Assembly: GCF_035084215.1 (NCBI RefSeq)
Contig: NC_090340.1
Location: 5,022,001-5,086,000 of the forward strand
Reading direction: 5' to 3'
DNA from: Heptranchias perlo
Lineage: Eukaryota
DNA length: 64,000 bases
Shown here: in pieces, positions 1 to 12,860 of the stretch
Layout of the letters: each line of letters starts with the position of its first letter
Position numbering within the stretch: the stretch's first letter is position 1
Translations under genes and position numbers: made by a program
Notes under the pieces: model-generated
What the model was told of the DNA's origin: nothing
What the model saw: only the letters and a program-made list of their open reading frames with translations
Database searches by the model: none

Positions 1-1040
1 GCTGTAATGCTGAAGTCTTGTGCTCCTGAATTAACCACGTCTCTAGCCAAACTGTTTCCGTGCAGCTACAACACTGGCATCGACCCGACAATGTGGAAAA
101 TTGCCCAGATCTGTCCTGTCCACAAAAAGCAGGACAAATCCAATCCAGCCAATTAACACCCAATCAATCTACTTTCAATCATCAGCTAAGTTCTGGAAGG
201 TGTCATCGACAGTTATATCAAGCGGCACTTACTCACCAATAACCTGCTCACCGATGCTCAGTTTGGGTTCTACCAGGACCACTCGGCTCCAGACCTCATT
301 ACAGCCTTGGTCCAAACATGGACGAAAGAGCTGAATTCCAGAGGTGAGGTGAGAGTGACTGCCCTTGACATCAAGGCAGCATTTGATCGAGTGTGCACCA
401 AGGAGCCCTAATAAAATTGGGAATCAGGGGGAAAACTCTCCAGTGACCAGAAACTTAACAGGGCCAGCCACATAAATGCTGTGGCTACAAGAGCAGGCTA
501 GAGGCTGGGTATTCTGCGGTGAGTGACTCACCAAAGCTTTTCCACCATCTACAAGGCACAGGTCAGGAGTGTGATGGAATACTCTCCACTTGCCTGGATG
601 AGTGCAGCTCCAACAATACTCAAGAAGCTCAACACCATCCAGGGCAAAGCAGCCCGCTTGATTGGCACCCCATCCACCACCCTAAACATTCACTCCCTTC
701 ACCACTGGCGCACTGTGGCTGCAGTGTGTACCATCCACAGGATGCACTGCAGCAACTCGTCAAGGTTCCTTCGACAGCATCTCCCAAACCTGCGACCTCT
801 ACCACCTGGAAGGACAAGAGCAGCAGGCACATGGGAACAACACCACCTTCATGTTCCCCTCCCAGTCACACACCATCCCGACTTTGAAATATATCGTCGT
901 TCCTTCATAGTCACTGGGTCAAAATCCTGGAACTCCCTACCTAACAGCACTGTGGGAGAACCTTCACCACACGGACTGCAGCAGTTCAAGAAGGCGGCTC
1001 ACCACCACCTTCTCAAGGGCAATTAGGGTTGGGCAATAAC
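1..1040 (+). mobile_element. LINE family A (CR1-group RT), 3' part with internal deletion
   Basis: RT C-terminal ORF YKAQVRSVMEYSPLAW...KAAHHHLLKGN; the same family recurs many times in the window. Confidence 0.9.
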
Positions 1041-1471
1041 TCCATTTCAATTCCTCACTCCCTTTCAATTCCTCACTCCCTTTCAATTCCTCACTTGCCT
1101 TAACTTGCTCAGTTGCCTTCAACCACTCACTCCCCTTCAGTGCCTCACTAGCCTCCATTCGCTCACTCATCTTCAATCACTTAATATCCTTCAATTGCTT
1201 AATCCCCTTTAATCTCTATCTCCCCTCCAATCCCACATTCTCCTCACACTTTAATCCCTTTTTCCCCTCCAAACCCTCACTCTTCAAACTTTATCTCCCC
1301 TTCAATTACTCATTCCCCATCAATCCCTCAGTCTGCTTCAATCCCTCATTCCCCTTCAAACCCTCACGCCTTCGCAATCCTTCAATTCCACACTCATGTT
1401 CAGTCGCTCACTCCCTTTAATCCATCTTTACGCTTCAATCCCTCACTCGTCTTCAACACTCACCCTACAAG

Positions 1472-2525
1472 TATGCAGTATAACGTGGATAAATGTGAAG
1501 TTATCCACTTCAGAAGGAAAAACAGAAAGGCAGAGTATTATTTAAATGGCGATAGATGGGGAAATGTTGTTGTACAACGGGACCTGGGTGTCCTTGTACA
1601 CCAGTCACTGAAAGCAAACATGCAGGTGCAACAAGCAGTTAGGAAGGCAAATACCATATTGACCTTCATTGCAAGAGGATTTGAGTACAGAAGCAAGGAT
1701 ATCTTACTACAGTTATGCAGGGCCTTGGTGAGACCACACCTGGAGTATTGTGTGCAGTTTTGGTCTCCTTATGTAGGAAAGGATACTTGCCATAGAGGGA
1801 GTGCAGCGAAGGTTCACCGGACTGATTCGTGGGATGGCAGGACTGACGTATGAGAAGAGATTGGGTCGAGTCGGCCTGTATTCACTGGAGTTTATAAGAA
1901 TGAGTGGGGATCTTAGTGAAACATATAAAATTCTGACAGGGTGAGACAGACTGGATGCAGGGAGGATGTTTCCCCTGGCTGAGGGGTCCAGAACGAGGGG
2001 TCATAGTCTCAGGATACGGGGTAGGACAGTTAGGACCGAGGTGAGGAGAAATTTCTTCACTCAGAGGGTGGTGAACTTGTGGAATTCTCTACCACAGAAG
2101 TCTGTGGAGGCCAAGTCACTGAATATATTTAAGATGTGGAGATGCCGGTGATGGACTGGGGTTGACAATTGTAAACAATTTTACAACACCAAGTTATAGT
2201 CCAGCAATTTTATTTTAAATTCACAAGCTTTCGGAGATTTTCTCCTTCCTCAGGCAAATATTGCCTGAGGAAGGAGAAAATCTCCGAAAGCTTGTGAATT
2301 TAAAATAAAATTGCTGGACTATAACTTGGTGTTGTAAAATTGTTTACGAATATATTTAAGAAGGAGATAGATAGATTTCTAGACACAGAAGGCATTAAGA
2401 GGTATGGGGGTGAGCGGGAATATGGTATTGAGATAGAGAATCAGCCATGATAATATTGAATGGCGGAGCAGGCTCGAAGGTCCGAATGGCCTACTCCTGC
2501 ACCTATTTTCACTGTTCCTATGTTT
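1472..2525 (+). mobile_element. CR1 (HER1-like) LINE 3' fragment
   Basis: MQYNVDKCEVIHF, LVRPHLEYCVQFWSP and RNFFTQRVVNLWNSLP motifs; CR1 3' stem-loop tail. Confidence 0.92.
2135..2347. mobile_element. Penelope pLTR-derived palindromic mini-insertion with 14-bp TSD
   Basis: Perfect 87-bp inverted arms (2171-2257 / 2261-2347); TSD GAATATATTTAAGA; shares its 5' start and hammerhead core with the Penelope at 37372. Confidence 0.88.
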
Positions 2526-5500
2526 ACAATCCCTCACACCCCTTCAGTTTCTCACAACTCAATCCCTGAATCTTCTTCAATCCCTCAGTCCACTTCAGTC
2601 CCTCACTCCCCTTCAATCCATCTCACCCCTTCAAACCCTCAGTCCCATTCACTCCCTCACTCCTCTCCAACCTCGGGATCCCTTTCAATCACTCACTCCC
2701 CTTCAATCTCTCACTCCCCTTCATTCCCTCTCTTCTCTTCAATTCCTCACTGCATTTCAATTACTCGCAACCCTTCACCACTTACTCTTCAATCACTCAC
2801 TCTCCTTTGCTCTCTCACTCTCATTCAATCCCTCACTCACTTTAAGTCCCTCACTTCTCTTCAATCCCTTACTTCCTTTCAATCCCAAACTCCCCTTCAG
2901 TCCCTCACTCCTCTTCAACCCCTCACTCCTCCAGTCCATCTCTCCTCTTCAACCTCTTACTCCCCTTCAATCCGTCATTCGCTTTCAAACTCACAGTGTC
3001 CTTCAGTTCCTCACTCCTCTTCAATCCCTCACTACTCTTCAATTACTCACTGCTCTTCAATCCCTTACTACCCTTCAATCCCTCGCTCGTCTTCAATCCC
3101 TCGCTTCAATTCAATCACTAACTCCCCTTCAGTCCATCAAACATCTTCAATCACTTACTCCCTTTCAGTACCTCATTCTCCTTCAATTCCTCACAAACTG
3201 CGAGTCCATCTCTCCCTTTCAATCCTTAACTGCAGCTCAAAACCTCACTCTCCTTTAATGGCTCACTCACCTTCGGTCCCTTATTCTGTTTCCATTCCTC
3301 AGACACATCCTGTAGCTCACAGCCCTTCAATCCCTCCCCTTCAATCTCCCACTCCCGTGAATACCTCACTCTCCTTCAATTCCTCACTCCCCTTCAGTCC
3401 CTCACTCCACTGCAATCCCTCACTCCCTTTCAACACTCACTCTTCAGTCCCTCACTCTACTTCACTCCCTCACTTCACTTCAAGCCATTATTCACTTTCA
3501 ATCCGCAACTCACCTTCAATCCAACACTCCCCTTCAATCCCACAATCTCCACGCCCACACACCCCTTCACTCCCTTACTCCTTTTCAACATCTGGTTCCC
3601 TTTTAATCAATAACTCCCTTCAATCCCTCACTCCCCTTCAGTCTCTCTCTTCTCTACAATATCTCACTGCCTTTCAATCCCTTTCTCCCCTTCAACACTC
3701 ACTCTTCAATCACTCACTCTAATTCACTCCCTCACTCCACAATCCATCACTCTCATTCAATCCTTCACTCCCTTTCAGTCCCTCACTTCTCTTCAACCCC
3801 TCACCTCCTTTCAATCCTTCACTCCTTCAAGCCCTCTCTCCTCTTCAATCTCTCACTCAATTTCAATCCCTCACTCACTTTAAAACCAACAGTTCTTCAC
3901 TCTTCTTCAATCCCTCACTACACTTCAATGACTCACAGTTCTTCAACCCATCACTGCCCTTTCATCCCTCACTCCCCTTCAATCCCTCACTTCTCCTCAA
4001 TCTCTCATTTCCTTTCAATCCCTAACCCCCTTCAGTCCTTCACTCCTCTTCAATCCCTAACTCATTCAGTCACTCTCTCCTCTTCAATATCTCAATCCCA
4101 TTCAATCCATCACTCACTTTACACTCCACAGTCCCATTCAGTTCCTCAGTCCTCTTCAATCCCTCACTACTCTTCAATTATTCACAGCTCTTCAATCCCC
4201 TACACCACTTCAATCCCTCACTCACCTTTAATCCCTCACTTCTCTTCAATCACTAACTCCCCTTCAGTCTATCAAACATCTTCAATCACTTCCTCCCCTT
4301 CAGTACCTCATTCTCCCTCAATTCCTCATGCACCGTTAGTCCTTCACTCCCCATTAATCCCTCACTCCCCATCAACCCCCCACTCCCATTCAATCCCTAA
4401 CTCCACTTCAACAGTCACTCTTCAATCGCACACTCTATTTCACTCCCTCACTCCTCTTCAATCACTCACTTCCCTTCACTCCCTCACTCCTCTTCAATCC
4501 CTCACTTCCCTTCAGTCCCTCACTGCTCTCCAATCACTCATTTCCCTTCAATCCCTCACTTCAATTCACAACATCTCTCCTCTTCGAATCCTCACCCCCT
4601 TAAGTCCCTCATGCATTTTCAACCCCTAATCCCATTCAATCTGTACCTCCCCTTCAGTCCCTCACTCCTCAATCCCTCACACCTTTCAATCCCTCACTCT
4701 TCTTGAAACACTCACTTTCAATCCCTAACTCCCCGTCAATTCTTCACTCCCCTAAAATCATTCACCGCCCTTCAATCCCTCACTCTTCAATCCCTCACTC
4801 GCCTTCACCCCCATAATCCTCTCCAATCTCTGTCTCATTTTCAATCACTCACTCCCCTCCAATCACTTATCCCCTTCAGTCCCTCTCTGTTCTTCAAGCC
4901 GTCCCTCCCTTTCATACCTTATCTAATCTTTGATCCCTCACTCACCTTGAATTCCATAAACCCTTCCGTTCCTCAATTCCTCACTCCTCCAGTCCATAAA
5001 TCCTCTTCAACCTCTCACTTATTTTCAATCCCTAGCTTCCCTTCAACCCCCCACACTCCTTCAGTTCCTCACAACTCAATCCCCAAATCTCCTTCAATCC
5101 CTCACTCCAATTCAGTCCCTCATTCCTCTTCAATCCCTAACTCCTCTTCAATCCATCACTCCCTTTTAGTCCCTCTCTTATCTTCAATTCCTTACTCACT
5201 TTCAATTGCAAACTCCACTTCAACACTCATTCTTCAATCCCTCAATCACTTTCAATCCCGAATGCCCCTTCAATCCCTAACTCTTCAAATCCTCACCCAC
5301 CTTCACTCCTCTCCAACCTGTGTCTCCCTTTCAATCACTCACTCCCCTTCAATCCCTAACTCCCTTCAATCAGTCACACCCCTACATTCCGTCACTCCTC
5401 AATCCTTCACCACCTTCACTCATTCACTCATCTTCAATCCCGCACTCACTTTCAATCCCGCACTCTACATCAATTCTTCACTTCCCTTCAGTCCCTCACT

Positions 5501-5559
5501 CTCCTCCAACTCTTTAGTCCACTTCAACCCCTCACTCCCCTTCAACTTTCACTCTACTA

Positions 5560-6075
5560 CCTGGGGGTTACCATTGACGAGCAACTTAACTGGACTAGCC
5601 ACATAAATACTGTGGCTACAAGACCATCCAGGACAAAGCAGCCCGCTTGAATGGCATCCCATCCACCACCCTAAACATTCACTCCCTTTACCACCGGCGC
5701 ACTGTGGCTGCAGTGTGGACCATCCACAGGATGCACTGCAGCAACTCGCCAAGGCTGCTTAGACAGCACCTCCCAAACCCGTGACCTCTACCACCTAGAA
5801 GGACAAGGGCAGCAGGCACATGGGAACAACACCACCTGCACATTCCCTTCCAATTCACACAATCCCGACATGGAAATATATCGCAGTTCCTTCATCATCG
5901 CTGGGTCAAAATCCTGGAACTCCCTTCCGAACAGTACTGTGGGAAAGCCTTCACCACACGGACTGCAGCGGTTCAAGAAGGCGGCTCACCACCACCTTCT
6001 CAAGGGCAATTAGGGATGGACAATAAATGCTGGCCTTGTCAGCAAAACCCACAACCCTTGAACGAATAAAAATAA
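5560..6075 (+). mobile_element. LINE family A 3' fragment
   Basis: Same sequence as 450-1040, including the 3' UTR tail. Confidence 0.9.
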
Positions 6076-8459
6076 CTTTCAATCCCTAACACTCCTTCAA
6101 ACCTTCGCTTCGCTTCAATCCCTCACCCTTCAGTCCCTCACTCCTCAAACCCACAATCTCCTTCATTGCCACACTCAACTGCACTCCCATACTTCTCCTC
6201 AATCCCTTTCAATGCCTAACTTTCCTTAAATCCCTTCACCACCTCATTCCTTTCCAATCTCTGACTCCTTTAAATCAATTAACCTCTTCAGGCCCTCACA
6301 TCTTTTCAATCACTCCCTCACTTTTGATCCCTAACTACCCTTCAATCCCTAACGTGCCCTGAATACTGCATACACATCAATCCTTCACTCTTCAACTCCT
6401 CACCCCCTTTCCATCCCACATTCCCTTTCAGCCCTTCACGGTACTTCAATCCCCAACACCCCTTCAATCATTCCTTTCCCATAAATCCCTCACTCCCCTT
6501 CAATGCCTCACTCCACATCAAACACTCACTCTTCAATTCCTCATTCCCTTTCAATCCCTTACTACACTTCACCCCTCACTCGCCTTCAATCCCACACTCC
6601 CCGTCAGTCTCACACTGTAATTCAATCGCTCACTGTTCTTCAATTGTTCATTCCTCTTCCTTTCTTCACCCCATTCAGTCGCTCATTTCTCTTCAAACTC
6701 TAACTCACCTTCAATCCCCCAATCCCCTTCAAACAGTCACACCCCTTCAGTCCCTCACACCTGATCCCTCAATCTGCTCCAATCCCTCACTCAACTTCAA
6801 TCCATCACCCCGCCACAATCCCTCACTCCCTTTCAATCCCAAACTTCCCTTAAATCACTCACTCTCCTTCAATCCCTCACTCGCCTTCAATACTACACTC
6901 ACCTTCAGTCCCCAGTGCACTTCAATCCCTCCGTTCCTTTCAGACCCTCATTCCTTTGAGTCCCTCATTCCTCTTCAATCCCTCACTACCCTTCAATCCC
7001 TCACTACCCTTCAATCGCTCACGCCCCTTAAGCCCCCCCACTCCCCTTTAATGCACCACTTTCTGTCAATCTGTCAAACATCTTTGATCCCTCACTCCGC
7101 TTCAAACCATCACTTGCCTTTAACCCCTCACTCTTACATCCCCAACATCCCTTCAATCACTCATTGCCCATAAATCCCTCGCTCCCCATCAATCCCTCAC
7201 TCCCCTTCAATCCCTCACTCCCCTTCAATCCATCACTCCATTTCAAACCCTCACCGCTTCATTCCCTCACTCCCCTTCAATCCCTCACTCCCCTTCAATC
7301 CCTCACTCCATTTCAAACCCTCACCGCTTCAGTCCCTCACTTCGCTTCAATCCCTCACTCAGCTTCAGTCCCTCACTAACCTCTATTCTCTCACTCCAAT
7401 TCAATCCCTCACTCTCCTTCACTCTCTGACACTTCTTCAATCCCTGACTCCCCTCAAATCCCTCACTCCATTTTAGCCCCCAACTCCGCTTCTGATCTAC
7501 CTGGATAGGTCAGGTTGTATTGATTGCTTATCTGTAATGTAATCTCTAGACAGTTGTATTATAAGTAAAATGACTGTCGAATGTAATGTTGAGGACAGTT
7601 GTGGTGCAACTCTGTTGGCTGTCAGTCTATTAAACTTGCTATTTTAAAGCCAACTCGGGCCAGAATCAAGCGGAGGTTATTGTTGATGGGTTAGCAACCC
7701 ATAGTTGAGATAGTAACGGGAGAAAATCTGCTAACAACTGAGGATAGATCACTAATTTCACATCCCACACCATCTCAGGCCTCAGGACAGGTAGAGATAG
7801 AAAATCGTACCATCAAAACGATGTTTGAAAAGGTAGTTGAAGAGTCAGGAAAATGTTAGGATTTTAATGGTTAAAATTATGACTAATTTTAATTAGGACT
7901 GAAAGGTAGTGTGGGATGGAAAGGGAGTGAGGGGTTGAAGAGTGAAGGATTGAACCCCTGATTTTAATGGTTATCCGGAGGAATGTCGCCTCAAGCACGG
8001 GGGTAAAACCATCTGAAGCAATGACAGGTCGCCCAATGCGGCTACCAGAGCACCTTTTCAATACACCCATGACAGAATTACAGAAGAAGGCAGCGACCAC
8101 ATAACAGTGGGTGCATGTAGGGGAAGTATACGGGCAGAGAGCAGGATCGAGTGGTCAGAATCAGAAGATGCAGCTGTACTTTAATAAAGGCGCAGCGCCC
8201 GTAAAGTATAAAGTGGGCGATCGTCTGAAAATTACAACAGACTTGCGAAGACAAATCTTTTCCCAAACCCATATGGGGAGGCCCCCGGTTTACTGTACAG
8301 AAAGCGAGCTCCAGTTTATCGAATGCGTTTAGACAATGGTAGTCAGGCACTGATAAATGGCGCCACCATGTCCAGCTGAAAACATTTAAAGGTTCCGTGA
8401 AAAAAACTCATCAGGGGTTCTTGGAACCGGCGAAGGTTTTACTTTTGGTCTTTTCCAGG

Positions 8460-10770
8460 TATCTGTGGGGATACTGCTCGGCCTAATAGCATCTGTAGTT
8501 TATGGGCAAAGATGCTGAACACTATTCGGAATTAAAGTCATAAGTTTGGAGAGTCCCTGGTTTAATGCAACAAGTGGTAACCCACTGGTCCTAATTTTAA
8601 GATCGTTGGACAAAAATTGCGATAGACCTGGATGTGCGGTTCTTCAGGAAAGGTTCGGAAGGTAAGTCTGAATGGAGCATTGGATGACAACTCATCGGTC
8701 TGTGGGAGTCCCGTATGTGGGCACAATGATGTGCGAGGGAAAGCTCGAATATCAGAATTGGGCACGAACTCTGATCTTTCCATTTTTGTGACAATGTCAT
8801 GAAAGCAGACATTGGTGTCACAGCGACACTGCATTAACTTGTTGATCCTGTGGACTTAACCTGTAAGTTAAGGCTGAAGTAAATAAAGCTGTGAACTGGG
8901 AGACAGGAGAAAAGCAGCAGGTTCAGTGACCCCACCTTCTTGAAGGACCTATAAACGGACTTGTACACATGAAGCTTTGTATAATGATTTACGATTTGAG
9001 ATTGTGCCTGCTCTGTTAAATATTTTAGCTGTATCTTTGCATTCCGCATTATGTAATTGAACTTATGAAGATTTTTATCCTGCAATGTTAAAAGTAATGG
9101 TACACAATTTTACTAAACGCTATTGTGGAAGAGATTTAGATGAACCATGGGCCCCTTTGATGCCAGGTTAGGAAAATACTGTGGTTCGGAGAATTAAGAG
9201 ACGATTAGGAGAATGGCTAGTTACAGGAGCAGGTGGGGTTACAGCAACATGGGACAGGGTTGATATTTGGCGATGTGGGAATACAACAAAACAACGCGTA
9301 AATCAGTTGAAGGGGTGACTTCGTGGAATGAATGAGCAAGAAAGGGAAGTTATTACTGAGGCAACAGACTCCCTGATTTCAATAAAAGATCCAGCAGAAG
9401 GATTGGGACAGGTTACGAATAATGTTAACACGGCAATCAATAAGAACAATGAAAACTATAAGGAACAACTGATCTCAAATGCAATCACTTGCAGCATGTA
9501 TGTGCTGAATCAGATTCAAAAAGAGTTAAACATAATAGAAAACAATCAGATCCCAAATGTTATATTAGACAAACAAATGAAAATTTGGAAATCAGACGGG
9601 AATATGGATTGGTGTAAGGTGCGAAGATTTGGATTGGTGGACTAGGCCAGGAAGCCTTGAAAGCAAAGTGACATCACATGGTGACTGTGATAGTGGCAAT
9701 GCCATTGCTGTCTGTTGGTGAAATCCCGATGGAAGTGTTTAGGGTTGAGTCAATAGGCTTAGTATGTACCATCCACAGGATGCACTGCAGCAACTCGCCA
9801 AGGCTTCTTCGACAGCACCTCCCTAACCCGCGACCTCTACCACCTAGAAGGACAAGAGCAGCAGGTACATGGGAACAACACCACCTGAAAGTTCCCCTCC
9901 AAGTCACACACCATCCCGACTTGGAAATATATCGCCGTTCCTTCATCGTCGTTGAGTCAAAGTCCTGGAACTCCCCACCTAACAGCACTGTGGGAGAACC
10001 TTCACCACACGGACTGCAGCGGTTCAAGAAGGCGGCTCACCACCACCTTCTCAAGGGCAATTAGAGATGGGCAATAAATGCCATCCTCGCCAGCGACGTC
10101 CACATCCCATGAAGGAATAAAAAAATGATATACAGGAGGAATTTGTGAACTATCTGAGGATATTGGTAAAGGGGAAAAGAAGGGATCTGGAAAACACCAA
10201 ACACTTCATACTGTTCCAGGAAAAATGGGGCCTGGTTGGGCAGATTTGAATTTTTACAAAGTCCACTGCCAGCCTGTGGTTTCACCCAGGATGAAGAATT
10301 CCCTAATTGTACTATTCAAATCATTTGATGGAATTCGAAAAGGACCAACATCATTTGTTGAGAGAAAGGGATTGTGTTACAGCTAATGCAAAGCACTACA
10401 CAATCAGGGACACTTCAGGCCCAGCTTGGCAGTCGACATTTTGTCTTACACCAACCATTATGGCTAAAATTTGGGACAAGGTATTGGTGCCTGTCGGAAT
10501 CCACAATGTAACAGATATTCAAGTAAACATTATTCTCCAGGCAAAAGCTGTACAAGCAGTCGTAGGTTTCGGCCAAACACTTTTACACCTTTCCTTGACC
10601 CTTAAATCTTTATTACATTGCTAAATATAGATTTAAGGCTCAATGGTAAATGTGCAACAGCAGAACGATAACATTGAACGGTCCATTTCCACCCCAGGTA
10701 ATCATTCTTGGTGGGAGATAGTGTACAACGTAGGACAACATCCAAGCGTAGTAAAATTCATCTGATAAAC
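8460..10770 (+). pseudogene. env: ERV1 env pseudogene (class I fusion-protein-like), split by a LINE at ~9762-10125
   Basis: Hydrophobic leader; RIKR then LGEWLVTGAGGVTATWDRVD; heptad region; AMPLL..FRVESIG; Cys-rich region; WWEIVYNVGQHP; many stops and frameshifts. Confidence 0.65.
9762..10125 (+). mobile_element. LINE family A 3' end inserted in ERV1 env
   Basis: CTIHRMHCSNSPRLLRQHLP...HHHLLKGN plus tail. Confidence 0.9.
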
Positions 10771-12519
10771 GAAAGCCTGATAGTAAATTGGCTTCAGCAT
10801 GTCTGAAAGAAAAGGACTCTTAAAAGGTTGAAGGACTGTTAAAAGGATTGTTAATTGACACATTGTAAAAGACCACACAGCTGAGGGTAGATCACCATAG
10901 CAACAAGAACGATCCAGGCCGGCTGAAGGTCGCTTGAACACCTGCATACTCAACTTGGTTTACGTTGTGGACACTGAGAGAAAAGAAATGGTGTCAATCA
11001 TAGAGAGTCATAGAGTCATAGAGTCATACAGCATGGATAGAGGCCCTTCGGCCCATCGTGTCCGCGCCGGCCAGTGAGTGGAGAATCAATCGTGGGTTAT
11101 ATTTAGAGGAACGTATTGTTGACAAACCACCGCCCCGGAGGTGTGGTTCTATGTTGAAAGGATCTTTTAGAGCTTGGCAGAAGTTAGAGTGAGGAGAGAC
11201 ACAGCTCCACCGTGACTGCTCCAACCTCGCCCTTCGCTTCCTGGCGGCACCTGCTCACCTGGAATTTTCATGGCTGCTCGCTACCTCATAGCTTCATGCC
11301 TCGATGCAGTATCACAGATTGCCTGTGAAGCAGATAACAGCTTCAGGAGTGTAGTATGCTACACTACAACGGTATCGATCTAAATACTTGCAATCTTTCT
11401 GGCAAATTTGAGCCAACCATGATGGTATAATTTCCGTTATTGTCTAAGATAAAAATTTGATTTTAAATGTTGTGTATTTTGGAAATTCAGAATGTATTAT
11501 TTCATTGTTGTTAAATCAATTCTCAATTCAACATAAATCCAAGATGTTGTTTAAATTCTAATGTCAATTTTTCTAGTGTATTATAAATGATTGTTTTCTT
11601 TATAAAGCCATGGCTTGTGCCTGAAGTTCCTTTAGGAAAAAGAGCCCATTACATTAAATATGACATTAAACCTTGTGGAGATAAAAAGGCATTTCACTAA
11701 ATTAAAGCGTAAAATCACATTGCACCTTTTTGGGCAGACATAGTTTAATTTTTTTTGTTTAACTTTCATATAAATCAGTTTTTACATAATGCCTCTCGCC
11801 TTCCCAATAATCTTCCCAAGGAAAAACGTATGTTGCTTTAATCCTGTCAATTCTAAACCTTTATTTTGGTTAGCGTCCAATTATCTGGTTGGTCTGAGTC
11901 TGATTTAAGAGGAGGAACCTTTGGAATAGATGTTCCATCTTCTTTTCCAATATAGTTTCTAGATCTTGCTCATTGAAATTGTTATGCTGTCTTCTATATG
12001 TCATTTTTGTTAAATTTTGAGCTTCTTTGCTGACTGGAACTCTGCCCATATTGTTAATCTCTCCATCTGGTATAATTTTTGTTTCTCTAATATAAGTTCC
12101 CAGACTACCCATAGTGTTGATTTGACTGGAGAGCCTTGTTCTGTCCATTGTCTGGCCCCCGTTTCCTAAATATTGGAGGTTGAGTAATTAATTCTCCACC
12201 TTCCATTTCAAAGGAAGTCTGTATACTAATCTTACTCACTTTTACATCATGTTCAAATTTTTCTTTTCTTAACCCTCTTACTCTTGAGTATTATCATAAA
12301 GAATTTCAGCTTCTAAAATCATCCGTTCAATAGTCAGGAGAGAGTAAGGAATACAAAGACAGAATAGAGACGTAAGAAAAGGGGATAAGAACGCAAAGTT
12401 CATGACTGATTGGCGAGCTGATCCTAAGGTCATTAGTTATGACAATGATATTCTGCCCATAAAAATAGATCCAAAAATGCATTATCACATTTAAAATAGC
12501 TAAATTTCCTTTAACATGA

Positions 12520-12860
12520 GGGATTTTGATAGGGGGAAACTGTTTCCATTGTCAGGAGGGTCGGTAACCAGAGGACACAGATTTAAGATAATTGGCAAAA
12601 GAACTAAAGGGGCGATAAGAACTTTTTTTATTAAGCAATTTGTTACGATCTAGAATCACTGCCGGAAAGGGCGCTGGAAGCAGATTCAAAATTAACTCTT
12701 AAAAGGGAATTGGATATATACTTGAAAAGGAACATTTTCTGGGCCTATGTGGCAAGACCGGGGAGAATTGGACGAAGTTGGAGAGTTTGGATAGGTCTTA
12801 AAAAAAGAGCCAGCATTGGCACAATGGGCCGAATGGCCTCCGTTTGAACTGTAGGTTTCT
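12520..12860 (+). mobile_element. CR1 LINE 3' fragment (old)
   Basis: Degenerate TRGH-type motif and 3' stem-loop GGGCCGAATGGCCT. Confidence 0.75.

Larger units (their letters stand above)
1040..7490 (+). repeat. Degenerate ~18-bp CT-rich satellite (TTCAATCCCTCACTCCCC)n, interrupted by LINE fragments
   Basis: Hundreds of diverged copies; they generate the spurious SLTPLQ/PHSPSI ORFs. Confidence 0.95.
7495..10997 (+). mobile_element. Decayed env-bearing endogenous retrovirus 1 (lokiretrovirus-like): 5' LTR end, integrase C-terminus, env, PPT, start of 3' LTR
   Basis: LTR end ...CTAACA at 7736; integrase remnants (HIPHHSQASGQVE, PLILMVIR, PSEAMTGRPMRLPEHL); env furin site RIKR at ~9190; purine tract followed by TGTTA at 10837. 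Confidence 0.72.

Noticed and set aside
2460-5606. Long Ser/Pro/His/Leu-rich ORFs (420, 233 and 219 aa)
   Set aside because: These are translations of the G-poor 18-bp satellite, which rarely forms stop codons; there is no gene structure.
9678-10064. Env-LINE fusion ORF as a novel chimeric gene
   Set aside because: It is a chance in-frame insertion of a LINE 3' end into an already disrupted env.
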